Origin: the human T2T-CHM13v2.0 reference genome, Homo sapiens
Strand: one strand, 5' to 3'
Length of the DNA stretch: 64,000 nt
Assembly: GCF_009914755.1 (NCBI RefSeq)
Contig: NC_060942.1
Made by a program: the position numbers and the translations under genes. The notes under the pieces are model-generated. The model saw only the letters and a program-made list of their open reading frames with translations, was not told the origin of the DNA and ran no database searches. Of this stretch, positions 32,426-45,852 are shown one piece after another. Each line of letters starts with the position of its first letter. Within the stretch, counting starts at the first letter, position 1.

Positions 32426-33583
32426 TGTTAAAATAAAAACTTTAGACAAATTAAATTTAGCAGAGTTTAATTGAGCAAAGAATGATTCACAAATCTGGCA
32501 GCCCTCAGAACCAGAAGAGGTTCACAGAGTTCCCCTTCACAATGCGAGACAGAAGGCAGGTACAGAAAGGCTGGGCTGGTTACAGCAGTGTTTCCCTTAT
32601 TTGAAAGTGATCTGATTAGTTGGTTCCTGTGATTGACGGAAGCTCAGCTGCTGTGATTGGCTAAGGCTTGTTATACTTGTTACAAAAGTATACTCCTCTT
32701 AGCAGCAGCAAATCAGTAAGTGTTGGGAGCAACCTCAATTCTTGCCTCCTCAGAAGAAAGAATTCAACCCAGGGGCATAAGGCTGAGTGAGAGAATGAGG
32801 CAAGTTTTAGAGCAGGAATGAAAGTTTATTGAAAAGCTTTGGAGCAGGGAGGAAAGTAAATAGAGTACATTTGGAAAAGGGCCAAGTAGGCAACTTGAGA
32901 GGGTCAAGTGCACGGTTTGACCTTAGATCTGGGGTTGTACATATTGGCATGCTTCCAGGGTCTTGTGTCTCTTCTCCCCTGATTCTTCCCTTGGGATGAG
33001 CTGTTTGTATGCACAGTGGCCTACCAGCACTGGGGAGGGGCTGTATTCACAGTGTGTTTACTGGAGTTGTGCACATGCTCACTTAAGACATTTTTCCCTT
33101 AGCAGTTGAACAATTCTAGAAGGTCATATACCAGTTAAACTCTGCCACTTTGCCTCTTAGTGTGCATGCTTGAGCCCACTTGCCCCACTCCTGAGATCTT
33201 ATTGGGAAGCTGCTGATCACCAGTTTCAGATGTTGGGTGCATGGAGTTGCTAGCCGATTCTAGTATGTGCCTAGAATTAGAATATTAATCCAAATTTTTA
33301 CATTACCCACCCTCTCGTTTCTTCTGAGCTATAGCCAGAGATCATTGGTTTGTTCACAGGAATAAGCAAGGTTAGTCTAAATTGCAGACAAAAACTCAAA
33401 AAGAACTGATGAGACTAGAATCTTTTAACAGGTTTGCCATCATTCTTGAAACACAATTTTTCTCCCTCCAATCTCCATTTTCATTAAAAACAAATCATGA
33501 TAGGACTGATTTGTTTGCAAAATAAGCTTTAGTCTTGTTATACTTGGCCTGATTATTTGCATAAATCACAGCAAGAATAATTA

Positions 33584-33964
<381 letters not shown>

Positions 33965-34583
33965 TTAGGATCTCAGATAAAATGTTTTAAAGCCATAAGC
34001 CTAGCTGTGGGTTTGTACCATCAAATACCTGTATGAGTTGGGTACATTCCTCACCTCTTAAGGTCCCAAGATAACTTGGTGCTCCTAGGCCTGTGAGAAA
34101 GTGATATTCTTTACTTACCACAGGTCAGGAACACTGTACAGGGACTGCATACAGAAGGTATGAGGCCAGCTTTCCCAAGGGACTTTTATTATCTCTATAA
34201 GTCAGATTTGATTCCTTAAAGGAAAGCATGCCATTCCATTCAAAGCCTTGGTAAAACAACCAGTTTCTCCAATTGTGTCCTGCTGCGAAAGAAGTCAGAT
34301 TATTACTGCACTTATGCAAATAATGTAAGTTAACTTTTTCTTGCCACAAGTTAAGAATACACAAAAATAGTTTCCAAATTCTGGAGAAATCAGGTACAGA
34401 GAAACAAATATGCTCCAAATTTTGTTTGTAGGAATATACTTTACTCAATTGTTAAAAGCTCTAAATGGAAGGATTATTTCAGTCTTCTATTAGTTCAGTC
34501 CATACATTTAACTCCTGTTCTACTTGATATTCATGACACACCATTCTTGGACTTTCTGACTTGTCCTAAATATCCCTCTTTTT

Positions 34584-34886
<303 letters not shown>

Positions 34887-36223
34887 TAAATATCCCTCTT
34901 TTTAAACAACCAGTCATTTTACTTTAGGACAACAATTTACCATACAAGATCCTTTCTCATATAAAATCTATTTTCTTTATAACCTTCCTTACCAAAAATA
35001 CCTCTTTACCTTTATAACCTTTGAATTAGACAACAGTCATTTTCCTTCTATTAGGAAGTGATGGTTTGTACTATATGTTGCTGTGTGAGTCCTGTGTAGG
35101 GAAAGCAAATGTGGAGGTTATCTACGTACTGTGACTGCTAATGTGAGCCACCCGTTGGGGTGACCTGAAAAATCAGCTTGGAAGAGCAGAACCACAGTGG
35201 CCAAGAGGAATTGTTCTAGGGGTTGATTAGTAAGCAGGAGAGTGAAAGGGAGGGGAAAAAAAACATGTATGGAGGTTGAACACCTGCAGCCAAAGAAGGC
35301 AAGGTGTAGAGGTGTCTTACCACTGGGGAATGTATCAGAGTCATGTGGCATCAAAGTATATTACCACTAGAGAATATATCCAAGTCATGCAGCACCAAAG
35401 TTTGTTAGAAGTAGCAAATCTGTAAGGATCTGCAGCAACCTCAGTTCTTGCCTCCTCAGAAGAAAGAATTTGACCAAGGAGCATAAGACAGAGGGAGTGA
35501 CTGTGGCAACTTTTAGAGCACCAGTGAAAGTTTATTAAAAAGCTTTAGAGCAGAAACAAAAGGAAATAGAGTACACTTGGAAAAGGGTCAAGCGGGCAAC
35601 TTGAGAGAGTCAAGTGCATGTTTTGACCTTTGACTTGGGGTTTTATACATTGGCATGCTTCCAGGTCTTGCATTACTTCTCCCTGATTCTTCCCTTGGGG
35701 TGGGCTGTTCGAATGCGCAGTGGCCTGCCGGCACTTGGGAGGGGCTGCATGTACACTGTGTTTATGGGAGTTGTATGCATGCTCACCTGAGCTTTCTTCC
35801 CTTACCAGTTCATTATTCCTAGAGGAAGGTCATATACCAGTTAAACTCCACCATTTTGCCTCTTAGTGCACATGCTTGAGCCCACTTGCCCAAATCCTGA
35901 GATCTTATTAGGAAGCTGCTGATCACCAGTTTCAGGTTTTTTCTGTCTACTGGGAGACTGCCATTCCCATGTGCCACCTATGACCAATTATTATTTTAGT
36001 GAGACATTTAACTACTTCCTGACCATCACCTGATGGTCGACTGATGTTCTTAGTTTGATGGCGGGTGGGGGGGCCCTCTCCTGCCCTACTTGTGTCTGAC
36101 TAGCTACCTACTGTGACACTCCTGAGTTAGGCTTTCAGTTAATTTACTGCTAAGTTCAGTTGCAGTTGGTTAGGAAAGGACTCAAGTATGGAGGCATACT
36201 CAAGCCAAATTTAGTTTAGTTAA

Positions 36224-36315
36224 CTACATGTCCGACACTGTTCTAGACATTGCAGATATAGCCATGAACAAAACAAACAGAAATCTTTGCCCTTCTGGAG
36301 ATTTGAAAGCTATGT
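36224..36315 (-). mobile_element. L2 3' end (right piece)
   Basis: Continues 32390-32425. Confidence 0.75.
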
Positions 36316-37314
36316 CAGATGTTTTACTCTGAGCGATCATCAAGGAGGAAAAGTGAGAATTGAGAGTGATTCCATCTTTCTCCAAGTGTACCCCGTCTTT
36401 TTTATTTTGGGTAATGTTGGTTAAATTAACACAGTCTGCTAAAACCAGGCCATAGAAAGCGTGGCAATTGCTGGAGGCAACTTCTGAGGAGCCCACTTTG
36501 GTGGGCAGAGTGGCTTCTGCTGAGCCTATCACAGAAGGCGGCGACCTCTGCGGATCACGCACATCAGAGCCTCACTGGAAGCCTGTGTTCCTCTGGAAGT
36601 AGACGAGCTATCCATCCTGAGACTGAGGGGCGAAAAAGGAAATGAGCCTGAACCAGACTCCACGGACCAAACAAATGACCAAGTGCCAGAAAGCCTTCTG
36701 TCTTGGGCAACTGTACTTCTGCCGGAGTTAATAGCATTTTCTGCTGCTTGTGCATCTTAGAAGAGTAAAATCGTTTTGTGAACTATTTCCACCCATGACT
36801 TCTCATGACACTCAGTTGAATCAGACAAGCTGAGGGTCTCTGAGGGAAGATGAATCCGCATCAGGCTTTCCCCAGCTTAACAGTTCAGAACCCACTTTTC
36901 CTTCATCAGTGCTGGCAGTGTTGCAAAGATAATTCTCAGCTCTTGAGCCCTTTAAAATATTTAGCTTTTTAATACGTGAAAAAAAGAAAATACCTTAAAA
37001 AAGAAAAAGTGGAACTCAAAGGAAACCCCTTCTTTTAAATATAATGGTTCAATTTTAAGATGAAGATGAGTAGCATTTGTTGGGGGTCTTTAATTACGCT
37101 GGTCTGTGGCTTACCTTAGGAGCTAGCTGCCTTTGATGCTTTCAGTTCTTATTCTAATTTAACTATTTTTTTCCTATGCCATTATTGTACCATGAAAGGA
37201 AACTCCCTCATAAACCCATCATATTGTTCACTGTAGAGAAGCAGCGTGTGAATATGTTTATAGTTGCTGAATATATTCAAAAATGTCTTTTTTATATGAT
37301 TATGGTCCTGAATG

Positions 37315-37495
37315 TTTATTTTTATTTATTTTATTTTATTTTTTACTTTAGCTTCAGAGGGTACGTGTGCAGGTTTGTTACTTGGGTATATTGCATGATG
37401 CTGAGGTTTGGGCTTCTAGTAATCCCATCATCCAAGTGGCAAACATAGTATCCAATAGGTAGTTTTCCAGCCCTTGCTCCACACCCTCCCTCCTC
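37315..37495 (-). mobile_element. L1 3' UTR end fragment (L1PA15/16-like)
   Basis: 'gtacgtgtgcaggtttgttacttgggtatattgcatgatgctgaggtttggg...catagtatccaataggtagttttccagccc'. Confidence 0.85.
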
Positions 37496-38745
37496 AAGAC
37501 TCTCGTATATCTCATGTATTTTGAAATAATGGAGACATTACGCAAGCTAAACTTGAGTTCATTTTAAATATTTTAAGCTAAAGTGACCTGTCATGAATGT
37601 CACACTAGTGATAGTACCCTTTTCTCTTGCACTTATTTGTTGCTAAGCTGACTTCCAAATCGGAATTACCTAAAGGACTTTTCAGATATATAGATGTCTA
37701 GCCCACACTTTGAATTGCCCAAATAGAGAATAACCAGGAATCTTTATTTTTAGAAAGCATCATAGTTCCTACTTGGGGACCACTATTGTACTCTACTCAA
37801 AAATACATACTGCAGCTGTAAAATCACTATGATTAAATTATAACTTTGATCGCTTTCTTGTCTTTGGAAAACTAATACATGTTTATTATAAAATCTTGAC
37901 TCATAGCAGAAAAGTGCCAAGAAAAAAGTAAAATAATCTATCATCTTTCCCTGCCCCCAAGTGCTGTGACTGCTCTGATGACCCTCTTTTCGTATAGCAC
38001 TGTGAGTGTGCACGGGTATGCATCTGTCAGTCTGTCTCCCTGTTGGAGGGAGAACAGTGCTCTATGTGCGTTTCATAGCCCATTGTTTTTCGCGCAGTGT
38101 GTCACAAATCTTGCCACACCAAGAGTTGTATTTAACGATGTACTGTTAATAATCCCCCCAGACTCAGCTACAGTTAAGGTTGTAGTCACACAGCACTTAT
38201 AATTAGATAAGTTTACTTTTGTTTCAAAACTTTCTTTGTTTTCATTGTAAGTCATGGACTTCCTCGTTTCCAAAACCTAAACAAAATAAACCATAGCTTC
38301 TAAATGGATTTAGACATTAAAAGCCTTCTCAAGTATGTCACTTTTTTTTCTTGATTAAAAATATTTAACTCTTACAAGTTATTTAAATATGGCTAAATTC
38401 TGTTATGGCTAAAATCCTAATTTTTTATTTTATTTTCAAAGATTTGATGCTGTGACTTTCTTATCAGAATCACCATTGTTGCTCATAATATAATCAATCG
38501 GGAGAGACAAAAAAGAGGCAGGAAAGCGGTGAACTTGTGATGCGATGACATAAAGGAAGAGAAGCTAATGCTGTGTTGTTTGTCCTGCAATATCTGCTTC
38601 ATTTTGCTTTCAGCAGAGGTTTCCTGGCTGCTTTTTCCTCCTTTCTTTGCCCTTCTCCTCCTTCGTTCATTCTCCAGGAGCCTCGTACGGAATCTCATTC
38701 ATCCTCAGCAGGAATATATGTATTGAGTCACATTCCAGGCACCGT

Positions 38746-38843
38746 GTTAACCAATGGGAGGAATAAAATAGTTAACCAATGGGAGGAATAAAATAAAGTA
38801 GGAGGAATAAAATGGAATAATCAATGGGAGGAATGAAATAGTC
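38746..38843. repeat. 25-bp tandem repeat (2 perfect and about 2 degenerate units) within an L2 remnant
   Basis: gttaaccaatgggaggaataaaata at 38746-38770 and 38771-38795, followed by decayed ggaggaataaaat copies. Confidence 0.9.
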
Positions 38844-40479
38844 AAAGTTGCCACCCTCATGAAGCTGTCAGTTTTGGGGAGACTAAAAATAAACAGGTAG
38901 ACAAAGGGTATTATGTGGTGTTTACATCCTCAACCTCAGAGGTGATTTGTCCCAAGTCTAGGTGGAACCGGCCTGCCACTTGGGCCCCAGGCTGTCTCCA
39001 GCTCAGGAAATCTGACATGGGGCACAGGTGGCCAATTCTGGCCCATGAGTAGAAGTCCACTCTGGGTCTGTGAAGGATGACTTAGACTTCTGTGTTCTAT
39101 CCCTGTCTTTATGCTGATCTCCCAAGATACTGGAATGACCAGGCAACCACTTTGAACTTGAATTTCCCTGTACTGCATCCTCTTCCTCATCCCAAAGTTC
39201 CTGCCCAGGTCCACACCCACACTGCCACCCTAACCAGAAGATCTTCTGTCCCACCTGCTCCCTCCGTTTCTTTGCACAGACACAGTATTCAAGCAGGCAA
39301 GTTCATGGCCTGCCCTGCTGAAGTGGACAATCTTTGGTCTTGAGCTCCAGCATTTTGCCATTCTGGAGCACGAATAAATCTGTTTCAAGTTTATTTCATC
39401 TTCTCTGTTTCACTGATTGGTTTGATGTGTTTTATCCTGCTGCAACTATGTAAAAGGAAAGGGATGTGCTGTTTTTGAAAGTCAGAGGGTAAAGTCCCAC
39501 TGACTTTAATGATAAGTCCATTAAAAAGATCTGTCCTGAGAGTCTTGGATACCCTGTCCTCTGTGCCTTCAGAGGAGACGAGTGAGATGAGTGAGGTTGC
39601 ACAGACCCCACTGGACTGTTGGGTGGAGAAGAGAAGGGGAGCCTCGGCCCGAGCCCATATCATAGGCTGAAACATAGATGTAATGCTAAGAACAAGTGAC
39701 GAAGGTTTAATGACTTATTTTACTTTAATATATACCAAGAAGCTAAGGAAGACAATTTGCCCTAATCTATAACACTGGCCTAAAGCTGAACAAATGCCTA
39801 TGCTGAACAAATATCATTTTTAGGAAAAAGTTATATGAGGATTTTCCCTATGTATTTAGGATTTATTTTTGATGTTTAACCTTTTTTAGATTTTTTTCAG
39901 TTCTTAAATTTTTAAAAGTTGTCACCTACCACATGAGTGTTAGTAAAGAGTGCTGAGTGAGAGCGTCCCTTTGTCCTAGTCCTCTGGTCCTAGGTCCAGG
40001 CTAGCCTCACAGATAGCAGTTGCCCAGGTAAGACACCTGAAAGGGTCTTGCCACGGGCCTTGAATTCTAATGCAGACTTTCAAAGGATACCACTTTCTTT
40101 CACCAAGTATAATCTAACTATCTTGTTGGTTTTCTTTTTTTAAGAGTAATAAGTTAGATGCTGTAGTTTTGAGATATATTAACAGCAAATGTACTTTGCC
40201 AATGAGTAGACAATGGTATATTTTACATGCAAAGATAGAATTAAACCCACTAATTTCATCTGATTACTAATTGTTAAAAAAAATAAAAAAAAAGATAGTT
40301 TCTATCCTTCTATCCATGCCAAATACTTTCAAAATTTGTACATGACCATCCAGACATCCATCTCTCCTGTAGGGCTCAGCTCTCTGTCCTCTAGGGTAAG
40401 GCTGGCTGGGTATTCTTGCACCCTGTGCTGTGCAGGCCACACTTCACCAGGCCCCCCAGGAGCCCCACCAGGAGGCACC

Positions 40480-40615
40480 GCATGATCTCCATATTCTACA
40501 CGCGTAAACTGAGACACAGAAGCTGATCACCTTGCTCGGGGTCCTGTGACTAGTAGGAGTGGGGCTGGGGTCGCGAGCCAGGCAGTGTGGTGTTTGGGCC
40601 TCTGCCCTGACCAGC
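40480..40615 (-). mobile_element. MIR remnant
   Basis: 'ctccatattctaca...aaactgagacacagaag...cttgctcggggtc...ctagtaggagtggggctggggtcgcgagccaggcagtgtgg'. Confidence 0.65.
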
Positions 40616-41204
40616 CTGCCTCCTGGTAGTTGTCTCCCTATTCAGGTTTGTCACTAGACATTACCGTCTGGCACAGGGCCTGGCAGGTCAGTGGCCTCAG
40701 GTGGCTCTGGGTCTGTGGCCACCGTACAGAGCGATTTGAACTGTTCATCTCTATGACCCGTCTTTGTGTGTCTTGTTAATAGATGTTTCCCAGGGAGTAT
40801 ATGAGTTGCATAAAAACATATGTTCCTTTTGTGAAAAGTTTCTCTAGGCAGGCATATGGAATAGAGTGTGAAAATCATGTGACCACTGGAGGCCTAGTGC
40901 CTTCACCTGAAGAGGCAAAATTCCTGGGTAACAAGAATCTACAGAGGAAAAACAAAATAAAATACATAGGTACTATGTTAACGTATAAATGAAATGTGTC
41001 TCCCAATGTTGCCCCTTACCTCCTCCATACACAGTCCTGTTCCCCAGGGGGAAATCTGGTTTCTAAATCTGGAAAAGGAAGTATATTTACTTCTATTTGT
41101 TATTTGTTGGACATTTTGTGAAGAGATAGGAAAGAAATATTATGCAGAATATCTCATTTGTAAAAAGAGAGATACACAGAAGGTTTTTAAGAATAAAAAG
41201 TATT

Positions 41205-41529
<325 letters not shown>

Positions 41530-41869
41530 TTAGCTTAATATGTTTGAGGGCTCTTTCCATGTTAACCAGGATATATTGATCTACCTCAACTTTAGCTGTA
41601 GCTTCGTATTTTAACATTCCTTTTTTGACAGAAATGTGGGCAACTGCCAGGATTTTCTTCTGCTTTGTTTCTGCTTTCAGAGCAACAGTTGCCCTGCACT
41701 CTTGTGCATGGCCCTCAAAGCTGTTCTTTCTTGCCAGCTCTCACCTCATTTTCCACATAGCACTAAGATTTGAACCAAGGCTGAGAGACTCCACCATGTC
41801 TGTCCAGCCACTGTGTTGCACTCATGTGTCAGGCACAGCGCAAGGTGACATGGGGGAAACTGAGGCAGA

Positions 41870-42840
41870 GGCATTCCTGCCCTTCTAGGCCTTACATTTG
41901 AGGTTCAAAGACATCTAGATACTAATAAAATAATCACAAATTTAAATGTACAAATGCACTGTGACACAGGTAACAGAGGAGTGACGTGCATGGTTCTGTC
42001 TGCAAGCTCATAATAGAGAGATTGACTTAGAGTGGGCAAGGAGGGCCTCCCTTGGGAAGATTTTTTTTTTTTTTTTGAGACAGAGTCTCGCTCTGTTGTG
42101 CAGGCTGGAGTGCAGTGGCTTGATCTTGGCGCACTGCAACCTCCACCTCCCAGATACAGCAATTCTCGTCTGTCAGCCTCCCGAGTAGTTGGGATTACAG
42201 GCGCATGCCACCACGCTGGGCAAATTTTTGTATTTTTAGCAGAGAAGGGTTTTCACCATGTTGGCCAGGCAGGTCTCGAACTCCTGGCTGCAAGTGACCC
42301 ACCCTCCTCGGCCTTTCAAAGTCCTAGGATTACAGGTGTGAGCCACCATGCCCAACCAAAGGATTTGTGTGATAGCTACAAGCGAAAAGGAGTTAATGAG
42401 ATGAACTGGGAGGTGGAGCATTCTGTGCTGTGGAAGCAACATCTGTCTTGGGTCTGTGGTGGGAGGGAATATGGTGCATCTAGGGGCTGGAGAAAGGCCA
42501 GCAAGAGAGCAGCCACTGGTAGAGCGGGCAAAGCCTGGTGGGCAAGGCGGTGGCAGACGTGGGCTGGGCCTGAACTGCCTGGTGCCTTTAGGTCAGGTGG
42601 AAGAGTTTCCATGCCATCTTAAGTAGCGTAGAAACCTCTATTGTGTTTTAAGTAAGGGCATGATGTGATCAAATTTGTGTTCAAAGTGCTCTCTGGTAAC
42701 AGTGTGGACAGCACGGAGGCCAGTATGGCTTCAGAGAGATCAGCAGAAAAACGTTAGCAAGAGTAGGTGAGAGCCTAGACTAAGTTGGCAACAGAAGAGA
42801 TGGAGATTTAAGAGGTGAAGTTAACGGGACTTGGATAGAG
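41870..42840 (-). mobile_element. L2 remnant interrupted by an Alu
   Basis: 'gcaaggagggcctccc', 'ttttaagtaagggcatgatgtgatcaaatttgtgttcaaag', 'gagatggagatttaagaggtgaag'. Confidence 0.65.
42061..42357 (-). mobile_element. Alu (AluSx/Sz-like)
   Basis: Full antisense Alu with a T16 tail. Confidence 0.93.
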
Positions 42841-44141
42841 CCAGCTGTACAGGAGGAATAGCAGTGACGGCAACCATGGGGTCTGGAACCTTGGCCCACC
42901 ATAGAGTGTACAGGCTTTGAGTTGGTTTCATGAGATTACCACATGTTTTTTAGGAATTGCTTTAACCTTGAAGAGCAGTTCCACTGGGCACATCAAATAA
43001 TACATCTTGCTCATTCCATTCGCCTTTTGGAGATTGGTATGCAGATGGCAACTGCAAATGCTTATATTAAACATCGTATTTTTTTCTGTTTCTTTCCAGT
43101 CATTCTTAAAAGCATACAAGCTTCTCATTCCATGAGCTAAAAACATATTTCATTCCATAAACAGAAGAAACTATGTCAGAAATTGTAGGCTCCTAAATCT
43201 CACAAATGAGGTAAACATACATTAATTGTTTCTCAGATATTTATGGAGAGGCAGAAAGGAAATGTTCAGTAGTATCTCACTTTTAAAAGGTAAAACAAAA
43301 CAAAAATCCAGAAGCACATAGTTCAGCGTAAAGCTAATCACAGTTGTGCATAAAATTTGAATACCATGTAGTCAGAGGAAAGGCTCCTCCCATACTGTGG
43401 ACAAAGGATGTACACAGCTGAAACCTTTAGTCCTTCCCTGTGGCAGCAGCCAACATTTTGCTGCATTCTGCAGTACTGAACCAACTCATCATTTTGAAGC
43501 AAGCTCCCTGGGAAATATGTAAGTGAATAATGCTGCTCTGTGATGAATCACGGACTGAACACTTCCTGTATGTAACAGGTGGTGCGTTACCATGATGTCC
43601 GAGAAAATGTCCAGCTGAAATACTAGCCCCACACCGTGACGAAACGCACATAGAGCTCAGGCTCAGACCTATTGCCTGTGCCCAGCCCTGGAAAGACAGT
43701 GACCAAGTAATGCCCTGGTCATTTAAATTTGCTAAGCAGCAAATGACTTATTGGTGAAGACCATCAAGTTGATGGTTTTATTGTAAAATTTTTGTTAGTT
43801 TCACTGTAACTAGATTAAAGAGCAAAATATAATTTTCTTAAAATGAGGGGCTGTGCTTCAGAAGAACCTAAAGAGGCTTTTGTGTGTGTGTTGGGGGTGG
43901 GGGAGTTATGTTTAATACAGAGATCCAGACTCCACCCCAGACCTAAGACCTACCTGACATCACCAGAGATGATGTAAAAGCATGTTATTTGAAATTTTAT
44001 GGCATAAATGTAAGTCATAAGCCACTGGATTATTAAGATAACAGTGGCCACATTCAACCAGTTTTTCAGAAAATACTTTTCCAAAGATGGCTGAGTATAA
44101 ATTATTTTTGTATGTTTTTCATTCATAGATCTCAGGGTTGA

Positions 44142-44422
44142 GGCTGGGCGTGGTGGCTCACACCTGTAATCCTAGCACTTTGGGAGGCCGTGGCAGGAGG
44201 ATCACCTGAGCCCAGAATTCATAGCCTGGGCAATATGACAAGACCCCATCTCTACAAAAAATAAATTAGCCAGGCATGGTGGTGTGCACCTGTGGTCCCA
44301 GCTACTCAGGAGGCTGAGGCAGGATCACTTAAGTCTGAGGCTGAGGCTTCAGTGAGCCATGCTGGCACCACTGTACTCCAATCTGGGTAAGAGCAAGACT
44401 CGTCTCAAAAAAAAAAAAAAAA
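44142..44422 (+). mobile_element. Alu (AluJ)
   Basis: J-type 'ggaggatcacctgagcccag'; TSD tctcagggttga at 44130-44141 and 44425-44436. Confidence 0.92.
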
Positions 44423-45119
44423 GGTCTCAGGGTTGAAAGGTAAATGAAGAAAACATCCCCTGTTTTTGGAGAGATCAGCTCACAGGGGGTTCTGCTACTT
44501 CTGAGTGGTAAGGGGAAGGGCATACTGATGTCCTTCTCTGTCCACTCTGCATCTCCATGGACAGGTGCTTTGTCACCCTGTTCCACCTTATAAAAGCAAA
44601 AATGTTCCCACTGAGAATTAAGCCTATTTTGTTTTATCCTCAGCCCAAAGCGAAATAAAGCCATAGAAAGTTTTTGGGATGATTTATCAATGCCTGAATT
44701 GGCATCCTTCAGAGCTGATATGTGGGCTCTTTATTCGTTTATTCCCTGGGGGTGGAGTATAGGGGAAGGTGGCTTACCTGAGTGAGGAGCCTGGGGTTGG
44801 CACTGCCCACAGGTCTCCCTCCTCAGCTGGCCTGGCATATCCAGGGAAGACTTCCATCTGGAATACCTGAGTGACTGCTGGGTTACCCATCACTGGAGAC
44901 TTTAAAGAGCCCTCTTTTAAAATCCAACAAGATAGTGTTCGTCAGTTTATTTTATTGACGTATAATTTGTTTGCATTTAAAATTCTTAGAAATACATCAG
45001 TCTTTCTCTGCAGTCACTTTTTTACTTTACTTACTTAAAAATTAAAATAATGCTATATGTTAAACATATATTCAATACCAACTCTCTAAGACCGAGTTAT
45101 CTTTTTTACTTGTAGAGTA

Positions 45120-45570
45120 CTTTTTAAATTGTTTAAATGACTTATAACAACTATATATATTTATGGTGTACAATATAATGTTTTGATATATGTATGCATT
45201 GTGAAACTGCTCAATCAAGCTAATTATGCTTATTTTTTGTGGTGAGAACACTTAAAATCTACCCTCAGCAATTTTCAAATGTACAATGTAGTGTTATTAA
45301 CTAAAGTCACCATGATGTACAGTAAATCTCTTGAAATTATTCTTCTTGTCTAACTGAAATTTTGTGTCCTTTGACCAACATCATTCCAGCCTCCCTCCCC
45401 ACACAGCCTCTGGTAACCACCTATCTTCTCCCTGCTTCTATGAGCTTGAGTTTTTACACATTCCACATATATGTGAGGTCATGAGGCATTTGTCTTTCTG
45501 TGCCTGTCTTCACTTAGCGTGATGTCCTCTAAGTTCACCCATATTGTCACAAATGACAGAATTTCCTTTA
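45120..45570 (-). mobile_element. L1 3' end (L1MA8/9-like)
   Basis: 'atatttatggtgtacaatataatgttttgatatatgtatgcattgtg...gtggtgagaacacttaaaatctac...gcctctggtaaccacc'. Confidence 0.85.
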
Positions 45571-45804
45571 ATTTATCCCATTTTTGTAAATGATAGCACA
45601 GTTATAGCTGCTCACGTCACTTTTTGAGTAGTTGTTCTAGTCTTCCTTCCCTTTCAGAAAGACAGAGATAATACAATCTGTTCAAGAATCAGTGACTAAA
45701 TTAATTTTATTTAAATATTGTATGTTTTATTTCACCCTGTTTGGAAATAATAAATCTATGTTCTGTTTATCTGTAGTAATTTCATATAAAATACAGTTAA
45801 TTTA

Positions 45805-45852
45805 ATAGATAAGTTAGATTTCAAATACATAGATAAATTAGATTTCAAATAC
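45805..45852. repeat. 24-bp tandem duplication (1 mismatch)
   Basis: atagataa(g/a)ttagatttcaaatac occurs twice. Confidence 0.93.

Noticed and set aside
38905-39430. Possible ancient MLT1/ERVL LTR
   Set aside because: Only scattered motifs (ccaattctggcccatgag, aataaatc); termini and family cannot be supported by eye.
42032-42622. Longest ORF in the track (196 aa)
   Set aside because: It runs through an antisense Alu ([18 protein letters not shown]...) into L2 sequence; a typical Alu-derived pseudo-ORF with a non-ATG start.
43535-43622. Box C/D snoRNA-like arrangement (GTGATGA...CTGA...ATGATGT...CTGA)
   Set aside because: There is no terminal stem, the first CTGA is too close to box C to leave a guide, and I recognise no rRNA complementarity.
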